Shown here: in pieces, positions 27,065 to 37,475 of the stretch
How positions within the stretch are numbered: position 1 is the stretch's first letter
Layout of the letters: the number at the start of each line of letters is the position of its first letter
Assembly (NCBI GenBank): GCA_039190745.1
Contig: JBCCXZ010000035.1
Location: 1 to 40,461 of the forward strand
DNA: 40,461 nucleotides
Source: Planctomycetota bacterium
GTDB lineage: Bacteria; Planctomycetota; Planctomycetia; Pirellulales; Lacipirellulaceae
Direction: 5' to 3'
Program-made: the position numbers and the translations under genes
The notes under the pieces: generated by a model
The model's input: only the letters and a program-made list of their open reading frames with translations
Told to the model about the DNA's origin: nothing
Databases searched by the model: none

Positions 27065-27087
27065 GTAGCCGCGACGCTACGCGTCGC
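27065..27087 (+). repeat. GTAG-type REP hairpin
   Basis: GTAGCC-GCGACGC-TAC-GCGTCGC downstream of putA. Confidence 0.5.
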
Positions 27088-27183
27088 TGGGGAACCCGCA
27101 ACCTCCGCCGACAGAACAAAGCGTTCTGTCCAAAAACCGCGTACCACCCCCCAGAAGAGCCAAAACCCAATCTACAAACAGCC

Positions 27184-30100
27184 TCACAACACCCCCGCCC
27201 GCGGCTCCTCCGCCCGGGCTCCGAGATTCCCGTAGCGGTGGTACGAGTGCGAGACGCTCTGCTCACGCAGGTACCACAGCAGCTCCACCCGCCCATGGGC
27301 GCACACCGGCTCGTCCGCCAGGTACTCGCCCGCCTCGGCCGCCGCGGCGCGGACCGAATCGGGCACACGTTCCGCCGAGGCGTAGCGGACCCGGTCGGTG
27401 ACGCCCTTGCGGACCACGTCCGCCAGGAAGGCGTCGGTCTCGCCGACGAACTCGATGCTCGCCGCCCACTCGTGCGTCAGGTCTTCCACCAGACGCACCA
27501 CCGCCGAGTCCGCCTCGGGCGGCAGGCTCACCACCGTCCGGCAACCCGCGGTCCGAGACGCAACCGCCCGGGCGAACACCTCGAAGAACGAGTCGTCCTC
27601 GTGCACCCGCAGCCGCACCTCGCCCACGGGCAGGTACAACCGATGATTGTCTTCCCCCACCAATCGAAAGTGATCGTGCCGTTCCGCGAACTCGCGGCCC
27701 ATCCACTCCTCGTAGCTCTGCACCGCGGCCACGAGCTGCTCGATCTCCCGGTCGCTCGCCACACGCCGCAGCGGCGCCTCGGCCCGCACCGCCTCGCAGA
27801 ACTCGTCGAGCAGCGTGTCACCCAGGTCCGCGTCCGGGTCGATCCGCACCTTGGCGTCGAACCGCATCAACTGGGCCGTGTAGTTCGGCCCGCCCGCTTT
27901 GATCCCGGGCCCAACGGCGCTCTTGCCCATCCCGCCGAACGGCTGCCGCAGCACGATGGCGCCGGTCGTGGGCCGGTTGATGTACAGGTTTCCCGCCCGG
28001 ACGCCGGCCCGCCACTCCTCGTGCTCGCGGTCGTCGAGGCTCTCCAGCCCCGAGGTCAGGCCGTAGCCGGTGGCGTTCACGAGGTCGATCGCCTCGTGCA
28101 GATCGCGGGCCTCCATCACTCCCAGCACCGGCCCGAAGAACTCGGTCAGGTGCGTGTAGCTGTGCGGCCGCACGCCCCACTTCACGCCGGGGCTTACCAG
28201 GTGGGGGTTGTCGTCCACGTGCAGCCGCGGCCGCACGGCCCAAGACTCGCCGTCTTCCAGTTCTTTCAAAGCCCGCTCCAGACCGCCTCCCGGCGGTCGG
28301 ATCAGGGGGCCGACCTTGGTGTGCAGGTCCCACGCGCTGCCCACACACAGGCTCGTCACGGCGTCGACCAGCGTCTCCCGGAAACCGGAGTCATGGTAGA
28401 CCTCGCTCTCCAACACCAGCAGCGACGTGGCCGAACACTTCTGCCCGCTGTGGCTGAAGGCCGAGTGCAACACATGCTTGATCGCAAGCTCGCGGTCGGA
28501 CATCGCCGTGACAACCGTGGCGTTCTTGCCGCCCGTCTCCGCGAGCAAGCGCATCGCCGGTTTGGCGGCGAGCATCCTCAGCGCGGTCTCGGTCCCGCCG
28601 GTGAGGATCACCGTATCGACCCGATCGTCGGCGACGAGCTGCTGGCCAACCGTGCCGCCGTCGCAAGGCACAAACTGCAACGCCTCTTGGGGCACGCCCG
28701 ATTCCCAGAAGCAGCGGCACAGTTCGTAGGCGATCAGCACCGTGTCCGAAGCCGGCTTCAGGATCACCGTGTTCCCCGCCGCCAACGCCGCCGCGACGCC
28801 TCCGCACGGGATCGCCAGCGGGAAGTTCCACGGCGACACCACGACCACCGCCCCCCTGCCCCGCGGCTGCAGTCGATTCACGCCGTGCAGCTCGGAGGCC
28901 GATGCGGCGTAGAACCTGCAAAAGTCGACCGCTTCGGAGACCTCGGGATCCGACTCGCTCAGCAGCTTGCCCCCCTCGGCGAGCATCACCCCGAGCAGCC
29001 GTCCGCGGGCGGCTTCCAAGGCATCCGCGGTGCTCAGCAGCGTCTCGCGACGCTCGTCGATCGACCGCGACCGCCAACCGGTCGGGTCGGAGTCCGCAAC
29101 GGCGAGCGCACGATCGGCCTGCTCCGTCGTCGCCGGGCTGTAGCGAGCCACGACCTCGTCCGGTCGCGAGGGATCCATCGACTCACACATCTCTTCACGG
29201 AGCTGGGCCTCTTCGCCCGCGATCACCAACGGCACGTCGACGACGGGCCGCCCCGACTGATCGGCGATCACCCGCTCTGCCCACTCCCCGTTCTGGGCCA
29301 ACGCCCAATCCGTGTCGGGGCAGTTGGTGAACCCATCGATCGAACCGACCGGCGCGACCGACCCGGCCGGTTGCGATCGGTCTTGCCCTCGCCGCGGCTG
29401 TTCGGGAACCGACTCCATCCGGTCGAACGACGAGAGGAACGCCTGCTCCAGCTCGTTCCACTCGGGGCTGTCGACCGTCAGCCGGAAGGCGTGGCTCAAG
29501 AAGTTCTCGCGGCCGGTGTTCTCGTCCAGCCGGCGGACCAGGTAACCGATTGCGGTGAGGAACTCGTCCTGCCGGCACGCCGGGGCGTAGAGCAGCAGGT
29601 TACGCGAGAGCTCGAACAACGCCCGCCGCTGGTGGTTGGCCATCCCCTCGAGCATCTCGAACTGCACCCGGTCCAAACCGCCCGCCTCCGCGGCAACGAC
29701 CAGCCCGTAGGCCAGCGTGAACAGGTTGTGCGAAGCGATGCCGAGCCGCACCGCGTTGAGGTTCTCCGGCTGCATGCCGAACGCGAGCATCCGTTTGTAG
29801 TTGGCGTCGGTCTCCACTTTCTTGCGGTACGGCGCCTGGGGCCAGCCGTGCACGCTGGCGTCGACGCGTTCCATCTCCATGTTGGCTCCCTTAACCAACC
29901 GGACAATCACCGGCGACCCGCCACGGGCGATCCGCTCGCGGGCCCAAGCGGTGATCTCCCGCTGCGCCGGGAAGGAGTCGGGGAGATAGGCCTGCAGCGC
30001 GATACCGCCGCGCGCTTGTTCCAGCCCCGGCCGGTCGAGCGTCCGCATGAACGCATCGGCCGTCAGCCGCATGTCGCGGTACTCTTCCATATCGAGGTAA

Positions 30101-30867
30101 AGCAGCTTCGGCGCGTCCGTGCCGTCGGGCCGCCGGAAGGTGTGCTTCATCGCCGCCCGGTACAGCAGCTCGAGCCGGTCGCACAACACGCCGAGCGTGT
30201 GCTCCCGCGCCAGCGGCGAGACCTGCGAGTAGAGGGTGGAGATCTTAAGCGAAATCACCTCGATCTCCGGCCGGGCGAGCGCCGCGAGGTACGCCTCCAG
30301 GCGGCGCTCGGCGTCGGCTTCCCCGAGCAGCGCCTCGCCGAGGAAGTTGACGTTCATCCGGACGCCCTCTTCCCACCGGCACCGGAGGTGCTCGCCGAGG
30401 TGCTCCTCCTCCGCGGGGAGCACCACATTGGCGCTCTCCTGCTGCATCTTGTCTTTCACGAGCGGCATCGCCACGCCGGGGAGGTAGCCGCCGAAGGACT
30501 GAAACCCGCGGAGCATCGTGCGATCGAACGCGCTAAAGAAACGGGGCACGCCCTGCACGTCGAGAATGTGGACCAGCTGGTCGGCCGACCTCGACGGGAG
30601 CCGCGAGCGGAAAGCTTGGTCGGTCATCTGCACAAGCGTCGCCTTGTCGCCGGGCGAGCGGATCATGCGGTCGAGCTCGGCCTGCTGACGCCGCTCGGCC
30701 GGGTCCTGCAACTCGGAAGCGCGCGTCTGCAGCCGGCGGGCGAGGTAGACGGCTTTCTGGACGAGGACCGGCCGGTCCGAAGCGTCGTCGGGCCGAAAAC
30801 CAGACAGCAACCGACCGAGCTCGGTTAGGACATTCCGCGCAGTCTCCTGCGACACGGTCTTAGGCAT
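27184..30867 (-). CDS. putA: bifunctional proline dehydrogenase / P5C dehydrogenase
   Basis: LDMEE, VRLVKGA, IASHN, YLVRRLDEN; EVSEAVDF, SPWNFP, ETGGKN, GQKCSA, EFFGP, RQPFGG. Confidence 0.95.
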   Translation of the reverse strand: MPKTVSQETARNVLTELGRLLSGFRPDDASDRPVLVQKAVYLARRLQTRASELQDPAERRQQAELDRMIRSPGDKATLVQMTDQAFRSRLPSRSADQLVHILDVQGVPRFFSAFDRTMLRGFQSFGGYLPGVAMPLVKDKMQQESANVVLPAEEEHLGEHLRCRWEEGVRMNVNFLGEALLGEADAERRLEAYLAALARPEIEVISLKISTLYSQVSPLAREHTLGVLCDRLELLYRAAMKHTFRRPDGTDAPKLLYLDMEEYRDMRLTADAFMRTLDRPGLEQARGGIALQAYLPDSFPAQREITAWARERIARGGSPVIVRLVKGANMEMERVDASVHGWPQAPYRKKVETDANYKRMLAFGMQPENLNAVRLGIASHNLFTLAYGLVVAAEAGGLDRVQFEMLEGMANHQRRALFELSRNLLLYAPACRQDEFLTAIGYLVRRLDENTGRENFLSHAFRLTVDSPEWNELEQAFLSSFDRMESVPEQPRRGQDRSQPAGSVAPVGSIDGFTNCPDTDWALAQNGEWAERVIADQSGRPVVDVPLVIAGEEAQLREEMCESMDPSRPDEVVARYSPATTEQADRALAVADSDPTGWRSRSIDERRETLLSTADALEAARGRLLGVMLAEGGKLLSESDPEVSEAVDFCRFYAASASELHGVNRLQPRGRGAVVVVSPWNFPLAIPCGGVAAALAAGNTVILKPASDTVLIAYELCRCFWESGVPQEALQFVPCDGGTVGQQLVADDRVDTVILTGGTETALRMLAAKPAMRLLAETGGKNATVVTAMSDRELAIKHVLHSAFSHSGQKCSATSLLVLESEVYHDSGFRETLVDAVTSLCVGSAWDLHTKVGPLIRPPGGGLERALKELEDGESWAVRPRLHVDDNPHLVSPGVKWGVRPHSYTHLTEFFGPVLGVMEARDLHEAIDLVNATGYGLTSGLESLDDREHEEWRAGVRAGNLYINRPTTGAIVLRQPFGGMGKSAVGPGIKAGGPNYTAQLMRFDAKVRIDPDADLGDTLLDEFCEAVRAEAPLRRVASDREIEQLVAAVQSYEEWMGREFAERHDHFRLVGEDNHRLYLPVGEVRLRVHEDDSFFEVFARAVASRTAGCRTVVSLPPEADSAVVRLVEDLTHEWAASIEFVGETDAFLADVVRKGVTDRVRYASAERVPDSVRAAAAEAGEYLADEPVCAHGRVELLWYLREQSVSHSYHRYGNLGARAEEPRAGVL

Positions 30868-30991
30868 TTTCAGCGGCCCTCGTGCTCAAAGCGGGGCGCA
30901 GCGGGTCTGCTGCCTAAAACCATTGTCGCGCGCACTCAGGCTGCGGCTAGCCCTTGGTCAGCGCTTGCAAGAGTTGAACGGCGGAAGCGGA

Positions 30992-31516
30992 TCAGCCTTG
31001 CGGGGCCGCGGTCCGAGAAGTCAGGTACGAGAGGATGTCGCGGATGGAAATGACGCCCGCCAGCCGGCCGTCCTCCAGAATAGGAACGTGCCGGTATCCG
31101 CCCAGGTTCATCTTGTGCAAGGCGAACGCGATCTTGTCGTCGAGCGCGAGTGCGTCGGGCTTGGGCGTCATCACCGTATGCAAGGGCTTGTCACCCAGCT
31201 TAGCGAAGTCGGCGTTCACTTTCTTCAGAGCATCGCGCTCGGTGAAGATCCCGAGGAGCCCGCCCTGGTTGTCGATGATCATCACGCAGCCGATCTTGCC
31301 ATCGACCATCGCGGACAGGGCTTCACGGATGCTCGCGCTGGGGCCGAGCGTGAGCGCCTTGCGGGGTTTGAGCGAGCCGATCACATCGCTCAGGAGCCCA
31401 CGTTCCACTTCGGAGGCTGGCTCGAGCAAACCGATATCGGTGAGCGAGTGGCCGCAGTTGTCGCACACGTCGGACCCGGGGATGACCTCGGAACCGCAAT
31501 AGGGGCAGGCGATCAT
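30992..31516 (-). CDS. CBS-pair protein with N-terminal zinc ribbon
   Basis: CPYCG...CDNCG then GIFTERD, VMTPKP, GGYRHVPI. Confidence 0.88.
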   Translation of the reverse strand: MIACPYCGSEVIPGSDVCDNCGHSLTDIGLLEPASEVERGLLSDVIGSLKPRKALTLGPSASIREALSAMVDGKIGCVMIIDNQGGLLGIFTERDALKKVNADFAKLGDKPLHTVMTPKPDALALDDKIAFALHKMNLGGYRHVPILEDGRLAGVISIRDILSYLTSRTAAPQG

Positions 31517-31551
31517 AGGCTGCTCTCGTTCCTTGCGGGTTTGCCGTTGGG

Positions 31552-32577
31552 CTAGTCGACCTGCCAGGTCTCGCCTGCGTTGAAGAGTGTTTCCAGATCA
31601 CCCTTGCCGCGCTCGCTGATTGCCTGCTCGACTTGCTCGTTGATCATGTGGTCGTAGAGCGGAGCGTCAACGCAACGGAAGACGCCGATCGGCTCTGGGA
31701 ATCCGTCTTCGTACCGCATGCGGCTCAGCAGGTACGCAAGACTCGGCTCGGGGGCCCGCTCGTCGTGGAAGAGCAGGTCGTCTTCGGTGATGCCCTTGCC
31801 GAGTTCGACGACCTCGGGTTCGAGCCCGTTCAGCCGGATGCCCTTGTCTCGGTCTTTGCCGAAGATCAACGGCTTGCCGTGCTCAAGGTGCAGGGTGTTG
31901 TCGTGCTTGGTCTGGCGGTCTTTGGTGTAGTCCCATGCGCCGTCGTTGAAGACGTTGCAGTTCTGGTAGACCTCGACGAAGGCGGTGCCTCGGTGGTCTG
32001 CGGCCCGTTTGAGCACCATCCCGAGGTGCTTGATATCGGTGTCGATGCTGCGTGCGACGAAAGTGCCCTCGCAGCCGATGGCGATCGAGAGCGGGTGGAG
32101 CGGGTTGTCGATTGCCCCCATCGGCGTGCTCTTGGTGCGCTTGCCGAGCGGGGAGGTCGGCGAGTACTGCCCCTTGGTCAGGCCGTAGATGCGGTTGTTG
32201 AACAGGACGATGTTGAGGTCCATGTTCCGGCGGATGGCGTGCATCAGGTGGTTGCCGCCGATGGAGAGTCCGTCGCCGTCGCCCGTGATGACCCACACCT
32301 GCAGGTCGGGCCGGCAGGTCTTCAGTCCGGTTGCCACCGCGGGCGCCCGGCCGTGGATGGAGTGGACGCCGTAGGTGTTCATGTAGTACGGGAACCGGCT
32401 GGAGCAGCCGATGCCGGAGATGAACACCAGATTCTCGCGGGGGACTCCCAGCGAGGGGAGCATCTTCTTCATCTGGGCGAGGATGGAGTAGTCGCCGCAT
32501 CCGGGGCACCAGCGGACGTCTTGGTCGCTGGCAAAGTCGGTCGGTTTGAGGACGGGGAGCGGGGTCTCGATGCTCAT
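31552..32577 (-). CDS. korB: 2-oxoacid:ferredoxin oxidoreductase beta subunit
   Basis: WCPGCGD, SGIGCSSR, HSIHGRA, TGDGDGLSIGGNH, YGLTKGQYSPT. Confidence 0.93.
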   Translation of the reverse strand: MSIETPLPVLKPTDFASDQDVRWCPGCGDYSILAQMKKMLPSLGVPRENLVFISGIGCSSRFPYYMNTYGVHSIHGRAPAVATGLKTCRPDLQVWVITGDGDGLSIGGNHLMHAIRRNMDLNIVLFNNRIYGLTKGQYSPTSPLGKRTKSTPMGAIDNPLHPLSIAIGCEGTFVARSIDTDIKHLGMVLKRAADHRGTAFVEVYQNCNVFNDGAWDYTKDRQTKHDNTLHLEHGKPLIFGKDRDKGIRLNGLEPEVVELGKGITEDDLLFHDERAPEPSLAYLLSRMRYEDGFPEPIGVFRCVDAPLYDHMINEQVEQAISERGKGDLETLFNAGETWQVD

Positions 32578-32660
32578 GGCTAGGGGCTCTTTCGCGATTC
32601 TCCAAGCTTCGATTGTGAAAGGAGATAGGGGGGATGTTGGTGATTGATGGGGATGTTGAT

Positions 32661-32903
32661 TCAATTCAAGAGGTCGGGATCATCACTCCAGCGTTCGGGT
32701 TCAGAAATGGCGATTTCAGATAATCGCATTGCCGCCCTAATCTCAACATCAACGTCTTCAACTTCCCAAAGGTCCATATCTTCGTGGACGAACAGCTTCA
32801 GAAGTTCGCCTGCAAACTCGATTCGTTCTCTACGGTCACTGATGTGCTTTTGGAGGATGGGCCAGATCTCAAGGAAGATTGTGCTGCCGGTTCGCCAACT
32901 CAT
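32661..32903 (-). CDS. small acidic hypothetical protein inserted between korA and korB
   Basis: 80-aa ORF filling the gap, same strand, lower GC. Confidence 0.6.
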   Translation of the reverse strand: MSWRTGSTIFLEIWPILQKHISDRRERIEFAGELLKLFVHEDMDLWEVEDVDVEIRAAMRLSEIAISEPERWSDDPDLLN

Positions 32904-32952
32904 GAGATTCAGCCTAACCTATTGCACCATCCCCCGTATCACCAGCATCTCC

Positions 32953-34809
32953 TCATCTCCTCCCCAACATGCTGTCGATCTCCGCTTTGACCTCGGCGAC
33001 GCTGAAGGGCTTGCCCTGCACCTTGTTGAGTCCCACGGCGTTGATCAAGTATTCGGAGCGGATGATGAACCGGAGCTGGCCCAGGTTTAGCTCGGGGATC
33101 AGTACTTTCTGGAACCGGCCGAGGATGTCGCCGAGGTTCTTGGGGAACGGGTTGATGTAGCGTAGGTGACAGTGCGAGACAGACTTGCCCTCGGACTGCG
33201 CCATGTGGACCGCGGTGGCACAAGACCCGTAGGGTCCGCCCCAACTCAACACAAGCAGATCACCGGACTCGGGCCCGTCCAGCTGCTGGTCCGGGATGTC
33301 GTCGGCCACCAGTGCAACTTTGCGCTGGCGGGTGTCGATCATGTGTTGGTGGTTCTCGGGGTCGTACGACACGTTTCCGGTGCCGTCCTGTTTCTCGAGG
33401 CCCCCGATTCGGTGCTGCAACCCGACCGTGCCCGGCACGGCCCAGGGGCGGGCGAGCCGCTCGTTGCGTTCGTACGGAAGGAAGTTCTCGTTGTCTTCCC
33501 GAGGCCCGGGGTGTGGGATCTCGAACTTGTGGAGTTCGGAGATGGAAGGGATCTTCCAGGGTTCCGAGCCATTCGCGATGTAGCCATCGGTCAGCAGGAA
33601 TACGGGCGTCATAAAGCGGACCGCGATCCGCCACGCCTCTTGGGCGACGTCGAAGCAATCGCCGGGGCTGCGGGCCGCGATCACGGGCATGGGGCACTCG
33701 CCGTTCCTCCCAAACATTGCTTGGAACAAGTCCGCTTGCTCGGTCTTGGTCGGCAGGCCCGTCGATGGCCCACCCCGCTGGACGTTTACGATAACCATCG
33801 GCAGTTCGGTCATCACGGCCAATCCCAAGGCTTCGCCCTTGAGCGCGATGCCGGGGCCGCTGCTAGCTGTGACGGCCATCTCGCCGGCAAATGCGGCTCC
33901 GACCGTGGCTGTCATGGCCGCGATCTCGTCTTCTGCTTGGAAGGTGAGAACGTCGAAAGTTTTGTGCCTGGAGAGCTCGTGGAGGATGTCGCTCGCTGGG
34001 GTGATGGGGTAGGCGCCGAGGAAGAGCCGCTTATCAGTTTGTTGGGCGGCGGCGAGCAGGCCCCAGGCGAGGGCCGTGTTGCCCATGATGTTCCGATACT
34101 TGCCGGCCGGGAGCCGGGCCGGGGCGACCTGGTACTGGGTGTTGATTGCTTCGACGGTTTCACCGTAGTTGAAGCCGGCCTTGAGGGCCCGGGTGTTGGC
34201 CTCGGCCACCTCCGGCTTCTTGCCAAACTTCGACTCGATGAACCGCAGCGTGGGGTCCATCGGCCGGTCGTAGAGCCAGAAGAGCAGGCCCATGGCGAAA
34301 AAGTTGCGGCAGCGGTCGGCTTCCTTGGTGCTGAGCCCCAGGCCCTCGACGGCCGTGCGGGTGAGCTTAGTCATCTCGACCGAGTGCAGCTTGTATTTAT
34401 CGAGGCTGCCGTCTTCGAGCGGGCTGACTTCGTAGCCGGCCTGCTCCAGGCCCTTCTTCTCGAAGGCGTCCTTGTTGACCAGCAGGATGCCGTTGTCGCG
34501 CAAGTCGCTCAGGTTGGTGATCAGGGCGGCGGGGTTCATGGCTACCAAGGCGTCGACCGTGTCGCCCGGCGTGAAGATCTGGCTGCTGGAGAAGTGGATC
34601 TGGAAGCCGCTGACGCCCGCCTTTGTGCCGCGCGGGGCGCGGATCTCGGCGGGGAAGTCGGGGAAGGTCGCCACGTCGTTGCCGAGCAACGCCGAGGCGT
34701 TGGTGAACTGCGTGCCGGCGAGCTGCATGCCGTCGCCGGAGTCTCCGCAGAACCGGACGGTTGCTTCTTCGACAGAAGAGACGGGTTTTGAGGGGGTCGA
34801 GGTTGCCAT
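32953..34809 (-). CDS. korA: 2-oxoacid:acceptor oxidoreductase alpha subunit (gamma-alpha fusion)
   Basis: [42 protein letters not shown]. Confidence 0.93.
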   Translation of the reverse strand: MATSTPSKPVSSVEEATVRFCGDSGDGMQLAGTQFTNASALLGNDVATFPDFPAEIRAPRGTKAGVSGFQIHFSSSQIFTPGDTVDALVAMNPAALITNLSDLRDNGILLVNKDAFEKKGLEQAGYEVSPLEDGSLDKYKLHSVEMTKLTRTAVEGLGLSTKEADRCRNFFAMGLLFWLYDRPMDPTLRFIESKFGKKPEVAEANTRALKAGFNYGETVEAINTQYQVAPARLPAGKYRNIMGNTALAWGLLAAAQQTDKRLFLGAYPITPASDILHELSRHKTFDVLTFQAEDEIAAMTATVGAAFAGEMAVTASSGPGIALKGEALGLAVMTELPMVIVNVQRGGPSTGLPTKTEQADLFQAMFGRNGECPMPVIAARSPGDCFDVAQEAWRIAVRFMTPVFLLTDGYIANGSEPWKIPSISELHKFEIPHPGPREDNENFLPYERNERLARPWAVPGTVGLQHRIGGLEKQDGTGNVSYDPENHQHMIDTRQRKVALVADDIPDQQLDGPESGDLLVLSWGGPYGSCATAVHMAQSEGKSVSHCHLRYINPFPKNLGDILGRFQKVLIPELNLGQLRFIIRSEYLINAVGLNKVQGKPFSVAEVKAEIDSMLGRR

Positions 34810-34995
34810 GATCGCTGCGGCCTGTATGGGCGTCACTAATATTGGTAGTGTGATTCGGCTGACGGCGGCGGTCGTCGTCTCCGCGGCGCTCGTCCGACGG
34901 GCGTCTGCGGCGGCCGCCAACTGCGGGGCGGCACTTAGTTGTTGTGAATTGCTGCAAACTCAGTGTGCATTACTGCAGAGCCCGCTCCGCATTCA

Positions 34996-35529
34996 CTACG
35001 CGCCCTCGCGCTCGGTAGGGGCGGCGTCCGGCCGCGGGGGGAGGTTGTAAATGGTAGACGGGAAATGGTCGACCAGAAAATGCACTAATCCGTGGACCGC
35101 GACCACACCGCTAGCAGAACCAGATCCGTCTACCAGCGGCAAGTGCCGGTATCCGCCGTCAACCATCTTCTGGATAGCCTCACCAACGCTGGCGTTGGGC
35201 GTAACGCTCACGGGACGCTCGGTCATAATGGACGAGACCGGCGCGCTCAGGTCATGTTCTTCGGTCATCACTCGGAGGGCGTCCCGCTCTGTGAAAATAC
35301 CGAGCAATTCGCCTTCGTCAGAGACATCACCGTCGTTCAAGACTAAGGCGCAACCCGAGCTCTCTGCTTTTAGCAGGCGGAGCACGTCTCCCACACTTTG
35401 ATCCGGCGCGACGAAGAGCGGGTCTTCGGGATAGGTGTGGGGCACCTTCTCGTCGCCGAGATTGAACTCGAGGCTCAACGTTCGATCGCCTTCATCAAGC
35501 TCTTTGTGGAGGGATTCGGCTCCCGGCAT
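34996..35529 (-). CDS. CBS-domain protein
   Basis: GIFTERDAL, IMTERP, GGYRHLPLVD; start may be TTG 35478. Confidence 0.85.
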   Translation of the reverse strand: MPGAESLHKELDEGDRTLSLEFNLGDEKVPHTYPEDPLFVAPDQSVGDVLRLLKAESSGCALVLNDGDVSDEGELLGIFTERDALRVMTEEHDLSAPVSSIMTERPVSVTPNASVGEAIQKMVDGGYRHLPLVDGSGSASGVVAVHGLVHFLVDHFPSTIYNLPPRPDAAPTEREGA

Positions 35530-35673
35530 GGGTGGGAGCCGACACTCCCAGATGGGGGGAGCCAAAGCGGCTTGTGCATGCATTGCTGCGGGCGACTTGC
35601 CGCGCCGCCAATAGGCCACTCTATCACGGCCAATAGCCGCATTGAACAGCAAAAAACCGAATTCCACACGTGA

Positions 35674-36582
35674 TTAAACCAGGTCGTCGCTCGGCCTGTC
35701 GGCGGGCCGGTTCGCTTCGTAGAAACGATTCAGGTCGATGCCCCCTCGCTGCTCTTCTTCGACCAGCTTCAGCCGGGACTCAAGCTGCTCGACCCGGCGA
35801 GCGAGAACAGCCAAGAGCCGCTCTTCGGCGATCTCGTGGCTTGGCTTCGGCACGGCCGGGTACCCCAGTTGGCGGTGCAGTGCCGAGAAAAGCAGGAGTG
35901 GGTCCTTCCGGCGATTGGCCCAGGCGATGCGGCCCTCTCGGATACCGAACAAAGCCGGCGCATCGTTCGGCTCGTCCCTTCCGTCGTGTCGGCTGCGTTC
36001 TCGGTAGAACTCGCTGCGCACGTAGATGAGGTCGGTGAGCTCGATGATGCCGATCTGCCGCCTGAGCGTCAGCACCCAGTCTCGCCACGTCGCCGGGTAG
36101 CTGGGGTCCCCTGCCACGGCGTCCAGGCCCTCGTCGTATCCAAGTCGATTGCGGCACAGCGTTTCGAGCTGAAACAGAAAGAGCCCCTGTAAGCTGATGC
36201 CCTCGGAGCGGTACTTGGCTTCACGGCGCAGAATTTCTAGCGCGATGCGGATGTCGAAGCGGCGGCGGTCGTTCTCGGCCTCGCTCATCACGAAGCACTG
36301 GAACGGAGTGAAGTAGTGGCTTAGCCGCCACATCCCTGGAGCCAACTCGCCCTGGTGACGGAGTTCGGCCAGCAGGAAATCGATCGCCATCGGCAGATTC
36401 GCGGTGGCTAGGACTTCATCGCGTACCGACGCGAGCACCTCTTGTGCGGGTACGCTTTGGCGGACCCTCTCCGAAAGGATGGTGAAGAAATGGGCTTGCT
36501 CGATGTACTCTTCAACAGGCAGTGGCGAGAGCCCGGCGGGGCCGGCTGACGGGTCTACGGCGTTTGCTGGGGAGTCGCTCAT
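35674..36582 (-). CDS. conserved hypothetical protein
   Basis: Long ORF (EEYIEQAHFF...LHRQLGYPAVP); ATGA overlap with the upstream hydrolase. Confidence 0.75.
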   Translation of the reverse strand: MSDSPANAVDPSAGPAGLSPLPVEEYIEQAHFFTILSERVRQSVPAQEVLASVRDEVLATANLPMAIDFLLAELRHQGELAPGMWRLSHYFTPFQCFVMSEAENDRRRFDIRIALEILRREAKYRSEGISLQGLFLFQLETLCRNRLGYDEGLDAVAGDPSYPATWRDWVLTLRRQIGIIELTDLIYVRSEFYRERSRHDGRDEPNDAPALFGIREGRIAWANRRKDPLLLFSALHRQLGYPAVPKPSHEIAEERLLAVLARRVEQLESRLKLVEEEQRGGIDLNRFYEANRPADRPSDDLV

Positions 36583-37475
36583 TTCCGCGGCTCGTGGTCT
36601 AGCTCCTCGGCGAGAAATCTCACGCACGCATCGAACGCCTCTGCGTCAAAGAACGCCTGCGTGTGACCCTTGCCCTCGACGACGTGTAATTCTGCGGAGC
36701 CGCCAGCGGCACGCAGGGCACGAACCATTGCCCTTGCGCTAGAGATCGGCACGGTGCGGTCCCTGCTTCCGTGCCAGAACACCATGGGCGGGTCGTCTGC
36801 GGAGGCGAAGACCGTCGGCGACGCGAGCCGATAGGCCTCGGCCGCGGCACGGCGGGGGCCGCCGAGCCAATACGTCAGCAGATCGAGGTCGGCCGGCAAA
36901 AACCGGAATTCGCAGGGCGCTCCACCCGCGGCGATGGCCTGTAAACGACTACTGCGGGCTGTATCTCCGGCCGTTGGTCCCTTTTCATCAGCCTCCGCCG
37001 TTGCCCCGAGGAGGGCGACCAAGTGCCCGCCGGCCGAGTAACCGAATCCGCCGATCCTTTGCGGGTCGATCTTCAGTCGGTCGGCGTTGGCTCTCATCCA
37101 GCGGACCGCGTCTCTGCAGTCATCGATCTGGGCGGGGAACTTGTGTTGCGGGGCGAGACGGTAAGAGATGCTAACCGCGGTGAATCCCAGTCGGGCCAGC
37201 CGCCTGGCGCACCATGCCATGTTGTGCCGGCTGCCCATGTACCAGGCTCCGCCATGAACCAGTACCACCCCGGGGAATGGTCCCTCACCGTCGGGTTGGT
37301 AGACGTCGGCCTTTAGGAGGCCGCTTTGGCGGGTGGCGTACACTTCGCCGTAATCAACCCGATAGCCGCTGAGGCCGGCCTCCGGCTGGCGGGGAGGCCC
37401 TTCAGTCGCCTGGGCCGAAGCTTCTCTGGGGACAGCCAGCAGCAGGAGAGCGGCTGCGATCGGAAGGAGGCGCAA
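36579..37475 (-). CDS. exported alpha/beta hydrolase (carboxylesterase/BD-FAE-like)
   Basis: HGGAW, YRLAP, GYSAGGHL, HGSRDRTVP, GKGH; signal peptide; TTG start tentative. Confidence 0.88.
   Translation of the reverse strand: MRLLPIAAALLLLAVPREASAQATEGPPRQPEAGLSGYRVDYGEVYATRQSGLLKADVYQPDGEGPFPGVVLVHGGAWYMGSRHNMAWCARRLARLGFTAVSISYRLAPQHKFPAQIDDCRDAVRWMRANADRLKIDPQRIGGFGYSAGGHLVALLGATAEADEKGPTAGDTARSSRLQAIAAGGAPCEFRFLPADLDLLTYWLGGPRRAAAEAYRLASPTVFASADDPPMVFWHGSRDRTVPISSARAMVRALRAAGGSAELHVVEGKGHTQAFFDAEAFDACVRFLAEELDHEPRK

Noticed and set aside
27238..30828. 1196-aa ORF on + strand
   Set aside because: Antisense shadow of putA caused by high-GC codon bias; no motifs
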